64,000 bases of DNA from an uncultured Planctomycetia bacterium. Its GTDB lineage: Bacteria > Omnitrophota > Gorgyraeia > 2-01-FULL-45-10. Both the position numbers and the translations under genes were made by a program. This document shows, piece after piece, positions 8,869 to 17,363 of the stretch; positions within the stretch are counted from its first letter, which is position 1, and each line of letters opens with the position of its first letter. The notes beneath the pieces were generated by a model. The model made no database searches and was not told the DNA's origin. It worked only from the letters and a program-made list of their open reading frames with translations. The stretch spans positions 78,257 through 142,256 of the forward strand of contig CAYSSS010000001.1 of assembly GCA_964433975.1 (NCBI GenBank), written 5' to 3'.

Positions 8869-9843
8869 ATGAAGAGAGCCGTTATAACGGGCATAACAGG
8901 CCAGGATGGATCATATATGGCCGAATTTTTGGTTAAAAAAGGCTATGAGGTTCATGGCCTGGTAAGGCGGGTTGCTCTGGAGGACCCGGAACACAGGCTG
9001 TGGAGAATAAGACACCTTTTAGGCAAGATCAAGATACACGCGGCTTCGCTCGAAAGCTACGCGAGTTTATTCAATATAATAGAAAAAATACAGCCGCACG
9101 AATGCTATCATCTGGCCGCCCAGACGTTTGTCAGCTATTCCTTCGAAGACGAATTCTCTACCATAAATACCAATATAAACGGCACTCACTATGTGCTGTC
9201 GGCTATAAAACAGAGAGCCCCTAAATGCAGGTTCTACTTCGCCGCTTCCAGCGAGATGTTCGGCAGCGTGAAAAAAACGCCGCAGAACGAGTTGACGCCT
9301 TTTCACCCGCGCTCCCCGTACGGTATTTCAAAACTTGCCGGGTTTGAGCTGACCAGAAATTATCGCGAAGCTTATAATCTATTTGCCTGCAATGGTATAT
9401 GTTTTAACCATGAAAGTCCGACCAGAGGGTTTGAGTTCGTTTCAAGAAAGATCTCGTACGCCGTAGCGGAGATAAAATTAGGCTTATCTAAAAAACTGCC
9501 TCTGGGGAACCTTAAAGCCAAGAGAGATTGGGGCTTCGCCGGCGATTATGTAAAAGCCATGTGGCTCATGCTGCAGAGCGATAGAGCGGACGATTATGTA
9601 GTCGCGACGGGTGAAACGCATACGGTCAGAGAATTCGCGGAACTTGCCTTCGATCATTTGAAACTTGACTGGAAAAAGTACGTGGTAATCGACAAGGAGC
9701 TGTACAGGCCCGCCGAGGTCAATATCCTGGAAGGGGATTACAGTAAGGCAAAAAAGGACCTGGGATGGAAACCTTTGATCAGGTTCCCGGAATTAGTCAA
9801 GATGATGGTGGATGCGGATCTGAAGCGGTTAAAAAGCAAGTAG
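8869..9843 (+). CDS. gmd: GDP-mannose 4,6-dehydratase.
   Basis: The N-terminus MKRAVITGITGQDGSYMAEFLVKKGYEVHGLVRR is the Gmd signature. An RBS, AAGGAG, lies 8 nt upstream. Confidence 0.85.
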   Translation: MKRAVITGITGQDGSYMAEFLVKKGYEVHGLVRRVALEDPEHRLWRIRHLLGKIKIHAASLESYASLFNIIEKIQPHECYHLAAQTFVSYSFEDEFSTINTNINGTHYVLSAIKQRAPKCRFYFAASSEMFGSVKKTPQNELTPFHPRSPYGISKLAGFELTRNYREAYNLFACNGICFNHESPTRGFEFVSRKISYAVAEIKLGLSKKLPLGNLKAKRDWGFAGDYVKAMWLMLQSDRADDYVVATGETHTVREFAELAFDHLKLDWKKYVVIDKELYRPAEVNILEGDYSKAKKDLGWKPLIRFPELVKMMVDADLKRLKSK

Positions 9844-9858
9844 AGAATCATATAAGAC

Positions 9859-10557
9859 ATGGTCTCCATAGTTTTACCGACCTATAATGAAAGCGAAAAC
9901 ATAGTAACTCTCATCGACGCGTTATCCCGCAATATAAAAGAGCCTCTCGAGGTGATCGTCGTAGATGACGACTCTCCCGACATGACCTGGAGGGTTGCCG
10001 AGGAGCACAAGGCTAACGGGGTAAGGGTTATCCGGCGCAATGAAAGAGGCTTGCCTTCGGCAATAGAGAGGGGCTTAAAAGAATCTAAAGGAGATATAGT
10101 GGGGTGGATGGACGCCGACATGAGCATGCCGGCATCCGCGCTGCCGGAGATGTTAAAGAGTCTCGATCAATATGATATTGCGATCGGGTCGAGGTATGCC
10201 CGAGGCGGTAAAGACGCCAGGGGGGCATTCAGAGTAGTAACGAGCAGGATAATAAATTGGTTCGCTCAAGTTATGCTCGGGTTCGATATAAGAGATTATG
10301 ACAGCGGTTTCATAGTATTTAAAAAGAATGTATTGCAGAAGGTCCCGTTTCCTTCCAAAGGCGGATACGGGGACTATTTTATAGAATTTGTTTTTAAATG
10401 CAAAAAAGCGGGATATAAAATAAAGGAGATTCCCTACACCTTTCAGGATAGAAAGAAGGGGACATCCAAAACCGCCGCCAGCCTTTCGGGATTCTTTACG
10501 CTGGGATTAGGGTATTTAAAACGGATAGTCCGCATAAGATTTGCCGGGTCAAAATAA
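9859..10557 (+). CDS. GT2 polyprenyl-phosphate sugar synthase (DPM1/ArnC/GtrB-like).
   Basis: IVLPTYNESENI and VVDDDSPD motifs. The protein is short (232 aa) and soluble-type, like Dpm1. Confidence 0.8.
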   Translation: MVSIVLPTYNESENIVTLIDALSRNIKEPLEVIVVDDDSPDMTWRVAEEHKANGVRVIRRNERGLPSAIERGLKESKGDIVGWMDADMSMPASALPEMLKSLDQYDIAIGSRYARGGKDARGAFRVVTSRIINWFAQVMLGFDIRDYDSGFIVFKKNVLQKVPFPSKGGYGDYFIEFVFKCKKAGYKIKEIPYTFQDRKKGTSKTAASLSGFFTLGLGYLKRIVRIRFAGSK

Positions 10558-10574
10558 TCCAAGGAGATACTGAC

Positions 10575-10991
10575 ATGGTCGAATATATAAAATCAAAGAA
10601 AGGCAGCCTGATAGCGATAATCATGCCTCAGCATATAGATACAAAGGGGGCCACATTCTTTACTCCTCCGGAATTTTCCCAGCAGGTGGGGTTATTAAGG
10701 CACCGCAAAGGGTCAAAAGTAAGACCGCATGTCCACAAGCTGGTGAAGAGAAGGATAGAGAGAACGCAGGAAGTCCTCCATATTAAAAAAGGCAAAGTCG
10801 CGGTCTTTTTGTATGACGAGAAAGAAAAGTACCTTGGAACGCGCCTACTGAAGAAAGGCGATACGATACTTCTGGCAAGCGGAGGCCATGGGATAGAGGT
10901 CCTGGAAAACAGCTTGATCCTCGAGATCAAGCAGGGCCCGTATGCCGGAGTGGATGACAAGGAATATTTAAAAGAGAAAAAGGCGCGATGA
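10575..10991 (+). CDS. Small cupin-fold protein, possibly an NDP-hexose ketoisomerase or epimerase (WxcM/FdtA/RmlC-like).
   Basis: 138 aa with cupin motifs (PHVHK...E....G and GDTILLASGGHGIEV). It sits between gmd and a DegT aminotransferase. I cannot resolve its function further from the sequence. Confidence 0.35.
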   Translation: MVEYIKSKKGSLIAIIMPQHIDTKGATFFTPPEFSQQVGLLRHRKGSKVRPHVHKLVKRRIERTQEVLHIKKGKVAVFLYDEKEKYLGTRLLKKGDTILLASGGHGIEVLENSLILEIKQGPYAGVDDKEYLKEKKAR

Positions 10992-12118
10992 TCCCCGTAA
11001 ACGAACCTTTAATAGGAAAAGAAGAGCTAAAAAATATCACCGATTGCGTGAAGTCCGGATGGATATCTTCGAAGGGGAGGTACATAAAAGAGTTTGAAGT
11101 GAAATTTGCCGAATTTTGCGGTGTCCGGTATGGTATTTCCACGACGAGTGGAACAACGGCGCTGCATCTTGCCCTTGCTTGTTTGGGGATAAGAAAAGGC
11201 GACGAAGTCATCATGCCCACCTTCACGATGATCGCGACAGCTTACGCCGTCATGTATCTTGGCGCCAAACCGGTATTTATCGACAGCGAAGAGAGGACAT
11301 GGAATATGGATGTGTCCAAGGTTGAAGAATCGATCAACCCCAAGACCAAAGTGCTGCTTCCCGTGCATATATACGGCCATCCTGTCGATATGGATCCCAT
11401 CATGGCCTTGGCAAAAAAACATGATCTTTTTGTAATAGAGGACGCCGCTGAGGCTCATGGCGCGAAATATAAGGGCAAGGTTTGCGGCTCGATGGGCGAT
11501 ATCAATTGTTTTTCGTTCTACGCGAACAAGGTGATAACGACGGGCGAGGGGGGTATGGTGGTTACCGATGACAAAAAATTATCCGAAAAGGCGAGGCTGC
11601 TGAAAGACCTTTCCCATTCCCCGAAACAGCGCTTTTTGCATACAGCGCTTGCTTATAACTATCGTATGACAAATATGCAGGCGGCGATAGGGCTTGCCCA
11701 GACCGAAAAGGCAAGAGCTCTTATTGAGAAAAAAAGGCGCATAGCCGGCCTCTATAATGATAACCTGAAAGATATTGAAGGGTTAAGATTGCCGATAGAG
11801 GAGAAGTGGGCGAAGAGCGTATACTGGATGTATTCAATTCTGGTTGAAAAAGATTTCGGACTGGATAGAGACCGATTTAGGTCAGAATTATTGAAAGAAG
11901 GGGTCGAGACGCGTTCATTCTTCGTTCCTATGCACCGGCAGCCGGTGATACAAAAGATGGGGCTCGCGGGCAAAAAGAGGAGATATCCCGTTTCCGATTA
12001 TATTTCCGACCATGGCCTCTATCTGCCTACCGGACTTGCTCTTAAACATAAAGATGTATTGCTTGTCTGCGAAAAGATAAGAAAGATACAGAAGAGATAT
12101 GCGTCCAGAACGCGATAA
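10988..12118 (+). CDS. DegT/DnrJ/EryC1/StrS-family PLP-dependent sugar aminotransferase (candidate GDP-perosamine synthase).
   Basis: PLP-lysine region FSFYANKVITTGEGGMVVTDD. Length 376 aa. Located downstream of gmd. Confidence 0.85.
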   Translation: MIPVNEPLIGKEELKNITDCVKSGWISSKGRYIKEFEVKFAEFCGVRYGISTTSGTTALHLALACLGIRKGDEVIMPTFTMIATAYAVMYLGAKPVFIDSEERTWNMDVSKVEESINPKTKVLLPVHIYGHPVDMDPIMALAKKHDLFVIEDAAEAHGAKYKGKVCGSMGDINCFSFYANKVITTGEGGMVVTDDKKLSEKARLLKDLSHSPKQRFLHTALAYNYRMTNMQAAIGLAQTEKARALIEKKRRIAGLYNDNLKDIEGLRLPIEEKWAKSVYWMYSILVEKDFGLDRDRFRSELLKEGVETRSFFVPMHRQPVIQKMGLAGKKRRYPVSDYISDHGLYLPTGLALKHKDVLLVCEKIRKIQKRYASRTR

Positions 12119-13508
12119 AATAAATTTTATCCTGTCGCACCTGGTATTTCTCTTATCGATCATCGTAATATTCTATATCCCCCGATTCTATCCCGTAGTC
12201 CATGAAAATTTTTTGCCTCCCATGGATAGGGTTTTGCGTTTCTATATCATAGGGGTATTCTCCGTATCATTTCTGGCGTATTATCTGTGCGTCCATTTCT
12301 ATAAAAAATCCGGGATATCGGTCTTTAAGCCGGGCTCTCTATCGGTATATTTCTGGATAAGTACGATAGCCGTATTTCTAGTGCTCTGCAGCTCTTCCGC
12401 GCTATTGTCTCATGATCTGTTCGAGTATTCCGTAAGAGGCCGCATGCTCAGTATCTATAAGCTAAATCCGTACCTTCATGTGCCATTGGAGATCAAGAGT
12501 GATATCTTCTTTCCGTTGATATTCTGGAAAAGTACTCCGGAGTGTTATGGGCCGTTATGGGTGGCTATAGGGGCGGTGCATACTCTCTTTTTTAAAAACA
12601 GCGTAGCCCTGACCTCATTCATGCATAAGCTGGTGCTTCTGGCTTTTTTAGGCATGACTTCATCTGTTTTTTACAGACTATGCAAGGACAATATCTCCGA
12701 GGACGCCGGAACGATGACTTTAGCCTTTTTACTAAACCCTTTAGTCCTGGTAATGACGCTGATAGACGGCCATAACGAGATCGCCATGGCTTTTTTTATA
12801 CTTTCGGCCTTTTATCTTCTGGTTAATTCGAAATATAAGCTTTCATCTGCGTTTCTCGCGCTTGCCATAGCCGTCAAGTTCGTCTATATACTGTTCATTC
12901 CTTTATTTATCCTTCATCTCTTATCCCGCAAGGAGGTGCAGGGTTTTGGATGGAAAGTCTATACCTTGATAATGGGAGGCGCCGTCTTTCTGTTTACCAC
13001 GGCAGTCATGTGGCTTCCGTTCGGCAGGGAGAGCGTCAAAGCCATTATTTACTATTACAGCGAATTAAGTAAAAATTTCTGGGTCGATTCGATCCCTTAC
13101 GCCGTATATTTTGTTTCGGAAAAGATGGGGTTCGCGATCTCGAAAGACCTGCTCGCGAATATTTTCTTTGCACTCTTTATAGCGGCCTATCTCTGTATAT
13201 TGGGATATTTCCTGAAGAGGACGAAGATGGACAAACAGGCATTATTCACATCATCCGCTCTAATATTGCTCGCGCTGCTATTTACCAATTCATCGCCGTT
13301 CCAGACCTGGTACTTGATATGGGTGATCCCTTTCATTTTATTAAGCAGTATAAGACTGAAGTTCCAGCTCGTATTTCTCCTGTCCTATTTCTTAATAATG
13401 ACCTTCTGGAAACGCATGTTTGTACTGGCCGTGCCGATGATGGCTGTATGGCTTAGCATGTATTTAGTTGACAAAAAATTTCATAGATTCCCGCTTGCGC
13501 GGGAATGA
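12099..13508 (+). CDS. Polytopic membrane protein, GT-C-like (DUF2029/GT87-type mannosyltransferase-like).
   Basis: 469 aa with more than 10 TM helices. The loop motif HDLFEYSVRGRMLSIYKLNPY resembles the DUF2029 D-D-x-Y-R-Y...G-x-NPY signature. Confidence 0.45.
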   Translation: MRPERDKINFILSHLVFLLSIIVIFYIPRFYPVVHENFLPPMDRVLRFYIIGVFSVSFLAYYLCVHFYKKSGISVFKPGSLSVYFWISTIAVFLVLCSSSALLSHDLFEYSVRGRMLSIYKLNPYLHVPLEIKSDIFFPLIFWKSTPECYGPLWVAIGAVHTLFFKNSVALTSFMHKLVLLAFLGMTSSVFYRLCKDNISEDAGTMTLAFLLNPLVLVMTLIDGHNEIAMAFFILSAFYLLVNSKYKLSSAFLALAIAVKFVYILFIPLFILHLLSRKEVQGFGWKVYTLIMGGAVFLFTTAVMWLPFGRESVKAIIYYYSELSKNFWVDSIPYAVYFVSEKMGFAISKDLLANIFFALFIAAYLCILGYFLKRTKMDKQALFTSSALILLALLFTNSSPFQTWYLIWVIPFILLSSIRLKFQLVFLLSYFLIMTFWKRMFVLAVPMMAVWLSMYLVDKKFHRFPLARE

Positions 13509-14929
13509 CAGAAGTGAAAATACGCGAGGCTATTTTGAAGGATCGTGAGGCTATTTTGAAGGATAGGGTATTCTGGCTGCTTCTGGTATTTGCCGCTCTT
13601 TATATACTGGGTAATATAGGCACGGGAAGCCTTTCGACGTTCGACGAGGCGATTTACGCCAATATATCAAAAAACATCGTCAAAACAGGCGACTGGCTGG
13701 TAATGCGCCAGGGTGTTAAGCCATGGTTCGATAAGCCGCCCCTATATATGTGGTGTACGGCCGTTCTTTACAAAATATTGGGAGTGAGCGAATTTTCTAC
13801 AAGGCTGACATCGGGCATACTTGGCATAGCGGCGGTTATGATCCTGTATCTCTTCGCAAAAAAAATGACAGATAAGATCACGGCCTCTCTGGCCGGCCTG
13901 ATACTCTTGGCTCTGCCGCACTATATCCATTTTTCCAAGATGGGTATGATGGATGTCCCGATAACCTTTTTTACGCTGCTTACGCTTTATCTCTTTTGGC
14001 TTGGAATGGAGAGGGAAAAATATCTATTTTATTCAGGGGCGATACTCTGTGTAGCATATTTAATGAAAGGCTTTGCGGCATTTTTGCCTTTATTCATAAT
14101 CATCGTTTATGCGGTACTATCCAAAAATGTCCGCTTTCTGCTTAAGCGGCAATTCCTGCTTGGCACGGCGCTGGCTCTTTCAGTGATCTTTGTATGGCAT
14201 CTGGCACAACTTATGCTCTTGGGGCCGACCGCCCTTAAAGAATATTTTGGTTTTCATATATTTCAAAGGGCGACTTCCGTGCTCGAGGGACACAAAGGGG
14301 GATTCGATTACTATATACGGGTAATTTTTAAGAAGAACATCCCCTGGTCAATTTTGATCTTCTCCTCTATTTTTTACGCGGCTTATAGATATTTTAAAGA
14401 CAAGGACAAAAGGCTGTTGTTTTTGTTGAGCTGGGTATTTGTCACATTCTTTCTGTATAGCGCGGTAAGGACCAAATTGCAATGGTATATCATGCCTATA
14501 TATCCGGCCCTCGCGCTATTGTCGGCGTTTTTGCTGAAGGGATTTTTAAGAAAGAATCTCATTTATATCGCGTTTGTCGTTATCCTGGCAGGGATGCTGG
14601 TCCAGGTCCCGCTATCGTGGGCATTTAGGCTGGACTATACCCCTGATATAAAGAATGTTTCGCAGATAGGGAGAGGTCTTCATACAGACGGAAATGATAT
14701 ATATATGATAAGCGGGAACGACTCCGAGATATTCTATTACGACTTCGCTATAGAGCTTGATAAAGAAGTATATCGGTCCCTTATGTCGCAAGGCAAGGGG
14801 AAGATCTATTGCATAATACTGCCGGGCATGTTTAAAGATAAGAAGGAAGATTATAATTTTGACGCGGAGCCAATTTATGAGTCAAACAGGACTTCCTTTT
14901 ACAGAATAAAATTTAAGGACAGGAAATAA
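13505..14929 (+). CDS. GT-C fold membrane glycosyltransferase, ArnT/PMT_2-like.
   Basis: GSLSTFDEAIYANISKNIVKTGDWLV...FDKPPLYMW matches the ArnT D-E...KPPL loop signature. The ATGA start/stop overlap with the upstream gene indicates translational coupling. Confidence 0.7.
   Translation: MTEVKIREAILKDREAILKDRVFWLLLVFAALYILGNIGTGSLSTFDEAIYANISKNIVKTGDWLVMRQGVKPWFDKPPLYMWCTAVLYKILGVSEFSTRLTSGILGIAAVMILYLFAKKMTDKITASLAGLILLALPHYIHFSKMGMMDVPITFFTLLTLYLFWLGMEREKYLFYSGAILCVAYLMKGFAAFLPLFIIIVYAVLSKNVRFLLKRQFLLGTALALSVIFVWHLAQLMLLGPTALKEYFGFHIFQRATSVLEGHKGGFDYYIRVIFKKNIPWSILIFSSIFYAAYRYFKDKDKRLLFLLSWVFVTFFLYSAVRTKLQWYIMPIYPALALLSAFLLKGFLRKNLIYIAFVVILAGMLVQVPLSWAFRLDYTPDIKNVSQIGRGLHTDGNDIYMISGNDSEIFYYDFAIELDKEVYRSLMSQGKGKIYCIILPGMFKDKKEDYNFDAEPIYESNRTSFYRIKFKDRK
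13523..13564 (+). repeat. Perfect-but-one tandem duplication of a 21 bp unit (cgcgaggctattttgaaggat, then cgtgaggctattttgaaggat) within the 5' end of the GT-C gene.
   Basis: Read directly from the sequence. It encodes REAILKD REAILKD in frame. Confidence 0.85.
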
Positions 14930-14931
14930 AT

Positions 14932-15645
14932 ATGTCTGTTTACTTATCGATAATAATACCTGCTTATAACGAAGAAAAGAGGATAGGCCCGACCCTTTCC
15001 AATGTGTGCGGCTTTTTTAAAACAAAAAATTATGAGTACGAAGTTATTCTTGTCGATGACGGCAGCAGCGACAGGACCGTCTCGGAAGCCGAAGATAGCG
15101 AGCTGGCGAATACAGGTAAGCTGAAGATAGTCAAAAACAGCGTGAATAAGGGTAAGGGGTTCTCCGTAAAGAACGGCATATTAAAGAGCTTAGGTGAGTA
15201 CGTGCTCTTCAGCGACGCGGACTTATCTACGCCTATAGAGGAGGCGGATAAGCTCTTCGATCACATAGGCAAAGGTTACGATATAGTGATCGGCTCGCGC
15301 AGTATCGCCGGATCCAACGTAAAGGTACGCCAGCCTTTCTATAGGGAGAAGATGGGCAGGATATTCAATTATTTTATAAATAGCCTCTTGATGGGCGGGT
15401 TTATCGATACGCAATGCGGTTTTAAGCTTTTCAAGGGCAGTGTGGCCAGGCAGATCGGTAAAGAGCTTACAATAAACGGTTTTTGTTTTGATGTCGAGAT
15501 GCTCTATCTAGCCAGGAAAGAGGGCTATAAGATCGCGGAGGTAGGTATCACGTGGGAGAATTCACCTCAAAGCAAGGTGCGCGTCTTTAGCAGCTCTCTT
15601 TCTATGTTTATAGATCTTCTAAAGATAAAGAGAAGGCACGGATGA
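14932..15645 (+). CDS. GT2 polyprenyl-phosphate sugar synthase (DPM1-like).
   Basis: IIIPAYNEEKRIGPTL and LVDDGSSD motifs. 237 aa. Confidence 0.8.
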   Translation: MSVYLSIIIPAYNEEKRIGPTLSNVCGFFKTKNYEYEVILVDDGSSDRTVSEAEDSELANTGKLKIVKNSVNKGKGFSVKNGILKSLGEYVLFSDADLSTPIEEADKLFDHIGKGYDIVIGSRSIAGSNVKVRQPFYREKMGRIFNYFINSLLMGGFIDTQCGFKLFKGSVARQIGKELTINGFCFDVEMLYLARKEGYKIAEVGITWENSPQSKVRVFSSSLSMFIDLLKIKRRHG

Positions 15646-17363
15646 GATTTCATAAATCAAATTACCCGATATTAGTCATCATAGCCATAGGATTGTCTCT
15701 TCGTATATGGGGAATCAATTTTGGTCTGCCATACCAATTTCACCAGGATGAACCGATCATAGTCAATCATGCCCTCGCATACGGGACGGGGGACCTAAAC
15801 CCGCATTTTTTCATAATTCCACCACTCGCTTCTTATCTACTGTTCGGTTTTTATGTCCTTTATTTTTTTATAGGCAGCATATCCGGCATATTCACAGGCG
15901 TGGAACAGTTCTCCTTAAGTTTCTTCAGAGATCCAACGCCTTTTTATATTATCGGGAGGGTTATCCTTGGCGTATTGCCGAGTATCTTGAGCGTATATTT
16001 AATATATAAGCTGGCGATAAGGTTTTTTTCAAAGAAAGCTGCGCTTTACGCGTCGCTTATCATGGCCGTTACATTTTTAAACGTTATCAACGCGCATTAC
16101 GCGTATGCCGACAACCTGCTCGTATTTTTTGTGCTACTGGCCTATCTGGCAATGTCGATGCTTATGGACAGTCCAAAAATATCCAATTATGTTATTGCGG
16201 GGATATTAACCGGTCTGGCTATTGCCACGAAATATAATGCCGTATTGCTTGTTGTGCCATTGCTTGTTGCTCACATCGTAACTTTCCGTCATTGCGAGGA
16301 GTCCCGCCGCTTTTTGGCGGGACGACGAAGCAATCTCATTAACCTAAATTTGCTGATATTCGGCGCAACGGCCGTCTTTACGTTTATCATATGCAATCCC
16401 TACTCTCTTCTCGATGCAGGCTTCTTCTGGGAGTCACTGACCCACAGGATAAGGGGCGGCTACAGGGGGATGGGACATCACCTTACATATTCATTATTTG
16501 AAGGCGCTGGAGCTGCTCCGGTCATATTGGGAATCATAGGATTGGGCTGGCTCTTAAAAAAAGATCTTAAGAAAGGGATCTTTCTCATCTCTTTTCCGGC
16601 TATTTTTTATCTGCACCTTATTTTCAAAAGCCAGTCGTTCCCGAGGTATGCGCTGCCCGTGATCCCTTTTTTGGCCATCGGACTATCGTTTTTACTCTTC
16701 GGTCTATACGAAAGACTGAAGACGAACGCTTTAAAGGCGGCCATAGTCGCCGTCTCGTTGATTCTTGTTATGCCTACGGCCGCGAAGTCTATCAAGGCGG
16801 ACATGCTCTTTGCGGGCAAAGATACGCGTATAGAGGCAAAGGAGTGGATGGAGAAGAATATACGGCCCCGGACGCGTATAGCGCTTGCCCACACGTTCTT
16901 CAGTCCTCCGCTTGAACAGACGACGGAACAGTTGAAAGAGAAAGAGGGCATACTTTCAGGGCAGCCGGAACTGAAGGATCTGAAGAGCAAAAAACTGGAA
17001 CTTCTCATAAAAGGCCGTAAGGCCCCCATTACATATCAGGTATACTACTTAAGGGGTGACAATGAAGCTCCCGGCCAATTCCTGAATTTCTGGCCGGTGA
17101 TAGAGAATTCAGTGAACGATCTACGGAAAAATGATATCACTTACGTAATCTTTAATAATACGGACCCGTCCGAAGCGTTAAAAGAGTTGCAAAAGGAAGC
17201 GGGTAGTATATTTAAGCCGGTTGCCGTATTCAGCCCTTATGTGGATGATAAATTCAGGCTTCCATACGACCCGATAGAGCTTACATGCTTGCCCGCGGGG
17301 ACTAAAGAGCTCTTCTCAAGGCGCGCCGCGGGGCCATATCTGGTCATCTATAAAATAAAATGA
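15642..17363 (+). CDS. GT-C fold membrane glycosyltransferase, ArnT/PMT_2-like. It carries an in-frame hairpin repeat insertion.
   Basis: 573 aa polytopic, with the loop YQFHQDEPIIVNHALAYGTGDLNPHFFIIPPL (D-E...PPL). Confidence 0.6.
   Translation: MRFHKSNYPILVIIAIGLSLRIWGINFGLPYQFHQDEPIIVNHALAYGTGDLNPHFFIIPPLASYLLFGFYVLYFFIGSISGIFTGVEQFSLSFFRDPTPFYIIGRVILGVLPSILSVYLIYKLAIRFFSKKAALYASLIMAVTFLNVINAHYAYADNLLVFFVLLAYLAMSMLMDSPKISNYVIAGILTGLAIATKYNAVLLVVPLLVAHIVTFRHCEESRRFLAGRRSNLINLNLLIFGATAVFTFIICNPYSLLDAGFFWESLTHRIRGGYRGMGHHLTYSLFEGAGAAPVILGIIGLGWLLKKDLKKGIFLISFPAIFYLHLIFKSQSFPRYALPVIPFLAIGLSFLLFGLYERLKTNALKAAIVAVSLILVMPTAAKSIKADMLFAGKDTRIEAKEWMEKNIRPRTRIALAHTFFSPPLEQTTEQLKEKEGILSGQPELKDLKSKKLELLIKGRKAPITYQVYYLRGDNEAPGQFLNFWPVIENSVNDLRKNDITYVIFNNTDPSEALKELQKEAGSIFKPVAVFSPYVDDKFRLPYDPIELTCLPAGTKELFSRRAAGPYLVIYKIK
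16288..16335 (+). repeat. Small MITE/RPE-like palindromic element inserted in-frame in a GT-C gene (copy 1).
   Basis: gtcattgcgaggagtcccgccgctttttggcgggacgacgaagcaatc. The hairpin is GTCCCGCC-N8-GGCGGGAC. The termini gtcattgcgaggagtcccgccg and gggacgacgaagcaatc are shared exactly with copy 2 at 20170-20237. Confidence 0.7.

Noticed and set aside
9000-9224. A 74 aa + strand ORF nested in an alternative frame inside gmd. Similar nested ORFs include 11116-11325, 18001-18192, 20073-20279, 38359-38682, 39097-39432, 53731-53955 and 62702-62902.
   Set aside because: They are out-of-frame overlaps of confidently assigned genes. ORF 20073-20279 exists only because it runs through the GC-rich hairpin repeat.
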